DNA of 37,258 nucleotides from a virus: IMG/VR virus record IMGVR_UViG_3300045988_170598, positions 1 to 37,258 of that record; one strand, 5' to 3'. Shown piece by piece: positions 31,725 to 37,258 of this stretch (position 1 is its first letter; each line of letters starts with the position of its first letter). The notes under the pieces were generated by a model. It saw only the letters and a program-made list of their open reading frames with translations, ran no database searches and was not told where the DNA came from. The position numbers and the translations under genes were made by a program.

Positions 31725-31776
31725 GGAAGGCTACCAGTTGGGTGTGCAAAAGTTGGTTCGAATCCAATGCCTTCCT
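31725..31776 (+). ncRNA. tRNA-like minihelix: 7-bp acceptor stem plus canonical T-arm, with no anticodon arm (degenerate tRNA or novel tRNA-like RNA)
   Basis: GGAAGGC (31725-31731) pairs with GCCTTCC (31769-31775). T-arm GTTGG-TTCGAAT-CCAAT lies at 31752-31768. Only 20 nt lie between the acceptor and the T-arm. Confidence 0.45.
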
Positions 31777-31825
31777 GTTTTAAAAACTCAGACGTTCTCA
31801 ATCGCACTTTTATACTATCAACGAT

Positions 31826-31845
31826 AAGAAGGAGAAATCCTTCTT
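31826..31845 (+). other. 8-bp hairpin with GAAA tetraloop, 3 nt upstream of tRNA-Asn
   Basis: AAGAAGGA-GAAA-TCCTTCTT. Confidence 0.7.
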
Positions 31846-31848
31846 TAT

Positions 31849-31922
31849 GGGAATATAGTTCAACGGAAGAACAAATGGCTGTTAACCATTCAATGGGAGT
31901 TCGATTCTCTCTATTCCCGCCA
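31849..31922 (+). tRNA. tRNA-Asn (anticodon GUU) with encoded CCA
   Basis: Manual cloverleaf: acceptor GGGAATA/TATTCCC, D arm GTTC-AACGGAA-GAAC, anticodon arm AATGG-CTGTTAA-CCATT, T arm GGGAG-TTCGATT-CTCTC, discriminator G, CCA. Confidence 0.85.
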
Positions 31923-31988
31923 GTAAAAAAAATACCCTTTGGTACGCTATCAATAGTAGGGATTAATAAAAATGATGATGTGCCATAA

Positions 31989-32022
31989 AGAATCTAGCTT
32001 AGTCTAGGTTCTTTTTATTTTT
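31989..32022 (+). terminator. rho-independent terminator of the tRNA transcription unit
   Basis: AGAATCTAG / CTAGGTTCT (one G-U pair), followed by TTTTTATTTTT. Confidence 0.75.
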
Positions 32023-32040
32023 ATAAGGAGTGATTTTATT

Positions 32041-32175
32041 ATGGGTAAAATAATTTGTGAAGCAATTCCTTTTAAAAATTTTAAAGAAAAAGTAAGAATA
32101 GTTAAAGCGATTGAAAGAAATTATAAATTAGCTAAGATCTCTATTAACGAAAATATGATTATAGTTCAATATTAA
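32041..32175 (+). CDS. small protein (44 aa), not in the ORF track
   Basis: SD AAGGAG lies 10 nt before the ATG at 32041. TAA at 32173-32175. Confidence 0.4.
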   Translation: MGKIICEAIPFKNFKEKVRIVKAIERNYKLAKISINENMIIVQY

Positions 32176-32379
32176 AATACTGTATGTTTATACAAAAATT
32201 ATTTATTTTTTAAATAAATATACAGTATTTTATACAAAAAGATTATGCTTTCTTATTTGAAGTGAGTTTAGATTAAAACGGAAGCTAGTTGTAGCAATAT
32301 CTAAGCTTACTTTTATTTATTATAAAATAACTTCGTTTAAATTTTATTTAGCGAAGTTGCTAAGAAATGGGAGTTAAAA

Positions 32380-32814
32380 ATGCTTAGAAAATTTTGCAGA
32401 TGTGGAAAAATAATTTCACAGGAATTAAAAATGTGTCCAGAGTGTCAAGCAAAATATGATAATAGAATAAAGACTGTAGATAATAAAGAAGCTTATAAAA
32501 GATATAAAGCTAACAGAAAAGATTTTAAAGAACAGAAATTTTATTCTAGTAGAGAGTGGATATTCACTAGAGATGTTGTAAAGCAAAGAGATAATGGGAT
32601 TTGTAAATTGTGTGAGAGCAAAGATAAATTATCATTTGTAGATAATGTACATCATATTGAAGAGCTTAAAGACAACTGGAGTAAACGAACCAATATGGAC
32701 AATCTTATATGCCTATGTGATAGGTGTCATTATTATGTGCATAAGAAATATAAGAAAAGTATTGCTGATAAAAAAGAGATGCAAGAAAAGTTAAGGGAAT
32801 TACTCAGGGGGTAG
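32380..32814 (+). CDS. HNH endonuclease associated with the terminase (cos-cleavage helper type)
   Basis: CKLCES...VHHIEELKDNW....NLICLCDRCHYYVH motif plus an N-terminal CxxC...CxxC. Located immediately upstream of terS and terL. Confidence 0.8.
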   Translation: MLRKFCRCGKIISQELKMCPECQAKYDNRIKTVDNKEAYKRYKANRKDFKEQKFYSSREWIFTRDVVKQRDNGICKLCESKDKLSFVDNVHHIEELKDNWSKRTNMDNLICLCDRCHYYVHKKYKKSIADKKEMQEKLRELLRG

Positions 32815-32917
32815 GGGGTACCCAAAAAGTTTTTTGGGCTTTGCTCTAAGTCCATGGTTAGCACTTTTTCTCCGCGGATTTTCCCCACGGTGATTTTTTT
32901 AGGTTGGAGGTGAGAAT
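32815..32917 (+). promoter_or_regulatory. candidate cos region: GC-rich island between HNH and terS
   Basis: GGGGGTAGGGGGTACCC, hairpin CCCAAAAA/TTTTTGGG (32821-32838), CCGCGG and CCCCACGG, all in an otherwise very AT-rich genome. Confidence 0.45.
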
Positions 32918-33439
32918 ATGGCAGGACAAAGAGAACCAACTGATTTAGTAGTTTATAAAGGTAGAAAACATTTGACAAAATCAGAGATTGAAGAGCGAAA
33001 AAGCAAAGAAATAAAAGCACCAAATGATAAAATAAAAGCACCAGCTTACTTATCTAAAAATGAGAAAAAAGAGTTTAATAAGATAGCAAAAGAATTAATA
33101 AAGATAGGAATTATGTCTAATTTAGATATAGATTCACTATCTTTTTTTATTAAAACAAGAGCTGAATATTTAAGAATAACTAAAGAAGTTGAGATAAGAG
33201 GGCCAACAGTAGAAGTAGAAGTTGAGGATAAAGATCCTGAAGGAAAAGTAATTGGAATGAAAAAAATAGAGATTATAAATGATGATTATGAAAGGTTGTT
33301 AAAATTACAACTTAAGGTTTTAACAGCTTGTAGAAAGACAGCTGCTGATTTAGGTTTAAGTATAGCAAGTAGATGTAGATTAGTTGTTCCTACATCAAAG
33401 GAAGAACAAAAAGAAAATAAATTCAAGAAATATTTATAG
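32918..33439 (+). CDS. terS: terminase small subunit (P27 family-like)
   Basis: 173 aa, with the pattern KAP..L...EKKEFNKIAKEL...G......D...L. Located before terL. SD GGAGGTGAG. Confidence 0.75.
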   Translation: MAGQREPTDLVVYKGRKHLTKSEIEERKSKEIKAPNDKIKAPAYLSKNEKKEFNKIAKELIKIGIMSNLDIDSLSFFIKTRAEYLRITKEVEIRGPTVEVEVEDKDPEGKVIGMKKIEIINDDYERLLKLQLKVLTACRKTAADLGLSIASRCRLVVPTSKEEQKENKFKKYL

Positions 33440-33446
33440 GTGATTT

Positions 33447-35192
33447 ATGGATGATAGAGTTACTAGGTACGCTATAGATGTACTTGAAGGGAAAGAAGTT
33501 GCTGGAAGATATGTTAAGTTAGCGTGTCAAAGGCATATTGATGACTTAGAAAGATCTAAATTAGCACCTTATAAATATGAATTTGATTTAGAAAAAGCTT
33601 TAGAATCTATTGATTTTTTTGAAGATTTAAGGTTTACAGATGGTGAAATAGCTGGTCAACAAGTTAAGCTTTTTGGATTTCAAGATTTTATTGTTGGTTC
33701 AATATTTGGATGGGTTTGTAAAGGAACTGGTTATAGGAGATTTAAAAAATCTTATGTTCAGTTAGCAAGAAAAAATGCTAAATCGCTTTTAAATAGTGGA
33801 ATAGGTATAAAATTAGCAGCATTTGACAAATATCCGAATGCACAGGTTTACTGTACAGCAACAAAAATGAAACAAGCTAGAATTGTATGGAAACAAGCTA
33901 GAAAGTTTATAGAAATTGAACCAGATTTAAGAGAAATATTCAAAATAAAAGATCATGATGCAATTATAGAATCGTTGATTAATGGTGGAGAAATAATGGC
34001 TTTGGGAAGAGATACTGGTACTATAGATGGATTTGACCCACACGGTGGAATAATTGATGAATATCATAGCCATAAGACTAATCAAATGGTTAAGCTGCTT
34101 GAAGATGGTTCAGTAAACCAAGCGGAAAGTTTAATTTCTATTATAACGACAGCGGGATTTAATTTAAATGGTCCATGTTATAAAGAATGGGAATATTGTA
34201 AAAATGTTTTAGAAGGAATAGTTAATAATGATGAGTATTTTATTTATATTGCTCAAATGGATGTAGAAGATGACATATGGGACCCTAATAATTGGCTTAA
34301 AGCTAATCCTTTAGTTGCAAAACTTCCTAAAGGCCTTGAAAATTTAAAAAGGTTTGCTGAAGAATCAAAACAAAAAGGTGGAGATGATTTAAAAAACTTT
34401 TTAACTAAATCATTGAATATATGGTATGAGTTTTCTAATGACCAGTATATTGGGCCGAGTGTTTGGAAGGTTGGAGCTTCTAAATTAACATTAGAAAATT
34501 TTAAAGGTAAAACATGTTATGCTGGTTTAGATTTATCTAGTGGAGGGGATTTAACTTCATTAGCTCTTATATTTCCTTATGAATTTGAAAAAGAAAATGG
34601 GGAGAAAGTAAGAAAATATTTTATACATTCCCATAGTTTTATTCCGAAGAGAAGAGTTGCAGAACATATTCAAAGTGATGATGTACCATATGATGTTTGG
34701 ATAGAAAATGGGTTATTAACAGTAACGGAAACACTTGGAGGAATAAAAACAGATTACAAATATATAATTAAGTATTTAAGAGATTTAATTGAAGAATTTC
34801 AACTTAAAATAATTCAATTAGGATATGATCCTCACAATGCAGATACTTTTCTTCAAGATTTAGAGGAGTTAGGATTTGATTGTGTAGAAATATTTCAAAG
34901 TTGTAAGTGGCTCAATGATCCAACAGAAGATTTTAAGCTTGAATGTGAAGCTGGAAATATAGAATATAATGAGGAAAATGAGTTACTAAGTTGGTCAGTT
35001 GTAAATGCTAAGTTAGTTTCAAATTCAAATGGAGAAATAAAAATTGATAAGAATTTACAAGAAAAAAGAATAGATCCAGTTGATGCTGTTATAGACGCAT
35101 ATAAATTAGCTTTTAAATCTGAAAAATTAAATACTAAAGTGGATATAAATAAATATGCTGAAAAAGACTTCTTGAATAAGTTGTGGAGTTGA
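33447..35192 (+). CDS. terL: terminase large subunit (Terminase_1 type)
   Basis: 581 aa. Walker-A-like ARKNAKS. Size and position are typical. Confidence 0.9.
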   Translation: MDDRVTRYAIDVLEGKEVAGRYVKLACQRHIDDLERSKLAPYKYEFDLEKALESIDFFEDLRFTDGEIAGQQVKLFGFQDFIVGSIFGWVCKGTGYRRFKKSYVQLARKNAKSLLNSGIGIKLAAFDKYPNAQVYCTATKMKQARIVWKQARKFIEIEPDLREIFKIKDHDAIIESLINGGEIMALGRDTGTIDGFDPHGGIIDEYHSHKTNQMVKLLEDGSVNQAESLISIITTAGFNLNGPCYKEWEYCKNVLEGIVNNDEYFIYIAQMDVEDDIWDPNNWLKANPLVAKLPKGLENLKRFAEESKQKGGDDLKNFLTKSLNIWYEFSNDQYIGPSVWKVGASKLTLENFKGKTCYAGLDLSSGGDLTSLALIFPYEFEKENGEKVRKYFIHSHSFIPKRRVAEHIQSDDVPYDVWIENGLLTVTETLGGIKTDYKYIIKYLRDLIEEFQLKIIQLGYDPHNADTFLQDLEELGFDCVEIFQSCKWLNDPTEDFKLECEAGNIEYNEENELLSWSVVNAKLVSNSNGEIKIDKNLQEKRIDPVDAVIDAYKLAFKSEKLNTKVDINKYAEKDFLNKLWS

Positions 35193-35196
35193 TAAT

Positions 35197-35376
35197 ATGA
35201 AAAAATTAAAACAAATTTTCTATGATTATATAGAAGATTTTTTTATTTTCTTAGGGTTATTAATAATAGTAATTACTACATTAATATTAAATATATTTGT
35301 AGGAATGTATGTGCTTGGAGCTATATTATTAATTTTAGGAATTTTCTTTGCAAAGCATCCTTTTAAAAGGAGGTGA
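35197..35376 (+). CDS. 59-aa two-TM membrane protein between terL and portal, not in the ORF track
   Basis: ATG at 35197 with GGAG 8 nt upstream. TGA at 35374-35376. Hydrophobic segments FFIFLGLLIIVITTLILNIF and GMYVLGAILLILGIFF. Confidence 0.5.
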   Translation: MKKLKQIFYDYIEDFFIFLGLLIIVITTLILNIFVGMYVLGAILLILGIFFAKHPFKRR

Positions 35377-35383
35377 TATATAA

Positions 35384-36613
35384 TTGCTTTTCAGAAAAGG
35401 CTTTAAAAACCAAAGTCAAGAAATATCTATAGATGATAAAAAAATACTTGAATGGTTAGGAATAAATCCAAGTGAAACATATGTTAATGGTAAGAGTTGT
35501 TTAAAACAAGCAACAGTTTTTGGGTGTATAAGAATTTTAAGTGATAATATAAGCAAATTACCTATAAAAATTTATCAAAAAAAGGATGGAATAAAAAGAG
35601 TTCCAGATCATTATTTAGAATATTTATTGAAATTAAGACCCAATCCTTATATGAGTTCTAGTGATTTTTGGAAGTGTATTGAAGTTCAAAGAAATATTTA
35701 TGGAAATGCATATGTTGCTTTAGATTTTAAGAAAAATGGTGAAATAAAGGGATTATATCCTTTGAAATCCGATGGAATGAAAATATTTGTTGATGATACT
35801 GGCCTTTTAAATTCAGAAAACAATGTTTGGTATTTATATACTGATGATTTAGGCCAAAGGCATAAGTTTATGAGTGATGAAATTTTACATTTTAAAGGAT
35901 TAACAGCTGATGGTTTAGCTGGACTAAGTGTTATTGAATTATTAAATCATTTAATAGAGAATGGAAAAAGTTCAGAAACTTATTTAAATAATTTCTTTAA
36001 AAATGGATTACAAGTTAAAGGCTTAGTTCAATATGCTGGAGATTTGAATCCAGAAGCAGAAGAAGTTTTTAAAGAAAATTTTGAAAGAATGTCTAGTGGT
36101 TTAAAAAATGCACATAGAATAGCTATGTTACCTATAGGATATAAATTTGAACCTATAAGTCAAAAATTAGTTGATGCACAATTTTTAGAAAACTCTCAAT
36201 TAACAATAAGACAAATTGCTTCAGTTTTTGGAGTTAAAATGCACCAATTAAATGATTTAGATAGAGCAACACATTCTAACATTACAGAGCAAAACAGAGA
36301 ATTTTATATTGATACATTACAATCAATATTAAATATGTACGAGCTTGAAATTAATTATAAATTATTTTTAATCAGCGAAATAAAAAATGGATTTTACTCA
36401 AAGTTTAATGTAGATACAATTTTGAGAGCTGATATAAAAACAAGATATGAAAGTTATAAAGAAGCTATTCAAAATGGATTTAAAACTCCTAATGAAATCA
36501 GAGAATTAGAAGAGGATGAACCTTTAGAAGGTGGAGATGTTCTTTTAATTAATGGTAATATGATTCCAGTAAAAATGGCTGGGGAACAGTATTCGAAAGG
36601 GGGTGAAAAATAG
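35384..36613 (+). CDS. portal protein, HK97 family (TTG start)
   Basis: 409 aa, located between terL and the ClpP-type protease. SD AGGAGGTGA lies 7 nt before the TTG. Confidence 0.85.
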   Translation: MLFRKGFKNQSQEISIDDKKILEWLGINPSETYVNGKSCLKQATVFGCIRILSDNISKLPIKIYQKKDGIKRVPDHYLEYLLKLRPNPYMSSSDFWKCIEVQRNIYGNAYVALDFKKNGEIKGLYPLKSDGMKIFVDDTGLLNSENNVWYLYTDDLGQRHKFMSDEILHFKGLTADGLAGLSVIELLNHLIENGKSSETYLNNFFKNGLQVKGLVQYAGDLNPEAEEVFKENFERMSSGLKNAHRIAMLPIGYKFEPISQKLVDAQFLENSQLTIRQIASVFGVKMHQLNDLDRATHSNITEQNREFYIDTLQSILNMYELEINYKLFLISEIKNGFYSKFNVDTILRADIKTRYESYKEAIQNGFKTPNEIRELEEDEPLEGGDVLLINGNMIPVKMAGEQYSKGGEK

Positions 36614-37258
36614 TGGCAAAAGTAAATATAAAAGGTCCTATAATTTCAAGTGATGAAAAATGGATATATAATTGGTTTGGAATGGATGCAACATGTGCTA
36701 GGGATGTTGAAAAAGTAATAAATTCAGTTCAACAAGGTGAACAATTGGAAGTTATAATCAATAGTAATGGTGGTTATGTTGATGAAGGTTCTGAAATTTA
36801 TACATTGTTAAAGGATTATAATGGTGAAGTTGTTATTAAAATAGTTGGAATGGCAGCGAGTGCAGCAAGCGTTATTGCTATGGGTGGTGATAAAGTTAAA
36901 ATTTCACCAACTGGAAGAATAATGATACATAATGCTGCTGGAGGAGTATGTGGAGATTACAGACAAATGGAGCATGGAGCAGAGGTTCTAAAAGATTGCA
37001 ATGAAGCAATAGCTAATGCTTATGCACTTAAAACTGGAATGAGTAAAGAAGAATTATTAGATTTAATGAATAAAGAAACATTTATGAATGCACAAAAAGC
37101 AAAACAATTAGGCTTTGTAGATGAAATTATGTTTGATAATTCGAATAGACTTGTTAATGATTTAAATTCTGGAATGTTACCTAAGGATGTAATTGAAAAA
37201 ATTAGGAATATGAAAGAAGAGGATTTAAAAAAAGAAAATAATGAAAATGAAAAAAAAG
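36613..37258 (+). CDS. prohead protease, ClpP/S14 family (GTG start overlapping the portal stop; continues at 100-185 through the circular junction)
   Basis: LEVIINSNGGYVDEGSEIYTLL....VVIKIVGMAASAASVIAMGGDKV.ISPTGRIMIHNA matches the ClpP-like serine protease pattern. Confidence 0.85.
   Translation, partial: MAKVNIKGPIISSDEKWIYNWFGMDATCARDVEKVINSVQQGEQLEVIINSNGGYVDEGSEIYTLLKDYNGEVVIKIVGMAASAASVIAMGGDKVKISPTGRIMIHNAAGGVCGDYRQMEHGAEVLKDCNEAIANAYALKTGMSKEELLDLMNKETFMNAQKAKQLGFVDEIMFDNSNRLVNDLNSGMLPKDVIEKIRNMKEEDLKKENNENEKK

Larger units (their letters stand above)
1..37258. mobile_element. complete circular phage-plasmid genome (temperate siphovirus-like), unit length 37159 bp, permuted inside the protease gene
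   Basis: Ends overlap exactly (1-99 = 37160-37258). Full virion, lysis, switch and early modules are present with parMR and a RepA_N replicon. No recombinase-like ORF is seen in the six-frame track. Confidence 0.8.

Noticed and set aside
31702-31776. Attempt to fold a full-length tRNA starting at 31702 (GCAAGGT pairing with GCCTTCC)
   Set aside because: It needs a C-C mismatch in the acceptor stem and gives a 3-nt D-loop. No 5-bp anticodon stem or U33-containing loop can be formed.
31716-31988. Tracked + strand ORF (90 aa) in the non-coding island
   Set aside because: It runs straight through the tRNA-like element and the tRNA-Asn gene. It has no SD, and its start falls in the 3' arm of the 31701-31720 hairpin.
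31580-32297. Shared 8-mer TGTAGCAA (31580-31587 and 32290-32297) as a late-promoter element for the ArpU-like regulator
   Set aside because: A single 8-mer match is expected by chance about once in a 37-kb AT-rich genome on two strands. No further flanking similarity was seen.
32733-33041. Minus-strand ORF (102 aa) spanning the HNH 3' end, the cos candidate and the terS 5' end
   Set aside because: It overlaps two confident + strand genes, has a hydrophobic low-complexity product and has no SD.
37160-37258. Terminal direct repeat as a biological DTR or as LTR-like ends of a mobile element
   Set aside because: The repeat lies in the middle of the protease coding sequence and keeps its frame. 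The packaging genes are cos-type (HNH, P27 terS, HK97 portal). An exact 99-bp overlap is the expected artefact of a circular contig.

Overview
The window is a complete, circularly permuted genome of about 37.16 kb. Bases 1-99 are identical to 37160-37258, so the unit length is 37159 bp. It is a very AT-rich, Clostridium-type temperate siphovirus. No integrase or other recombinase ORF is recognisable. Instead it carries a plasmid-maintenance block at 19.3-22.7 kb, so it reads as a phage-plasmid. That block holds an actin-like ParM and an RHH ParR, three ACATTG-N6-CAAT sites around divergent consensus promoters, and a RepA_N theta-replication initiator with 23-bp iterons inside its own gene. It also has two inverted DnaA boxes and a predicted antisense copy-control RNA of about 96 nt. 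The rest is modular. (1) HK97-like cos packaging and head genes: HNH, a GC-rich cos candidate, TerS (P27 family), TerL, portal, ClpP-type protease and capsid. (2) Tail genes: connector, head closure, gp10-like, an untracked tail-terminator gene with a non-AUG start, major tail protein, G/GT chaperone with an A_AAA_AAG -1 slip site, tape measure, Dit and a 2408-aa Tal/receptor-binding fusion. (3) Lysis genes: two membrane proteins and a GH25 + 2xSH3_3 endolysin. (4) A CI/Cro-like switch with three AAAAATGAYTRT operators. (5) An early region with an HUH (rolling-circle type) Rep, HNH, YopX, an ArpU-like late regulator and many small ORFs. (6) An 800-bp non-coding stretch holding tRNA-Asn(GUU) and an odd tRNA-like acceptor/T-arm minihelix. 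The candidates most worth follow-up are the predicted ctRNA/RepA_N/DnaA-box replicon coupled to parMRC, a two-peptide plus antisense-promoter cassette resembling a type I toxin-antitoxin, the coexistence of RepA_N and HUH Rep, the tRNA-like element, and strong intrinsic terminators inside the late operon. All homology statements come from motif recognition by eye, not from searches.
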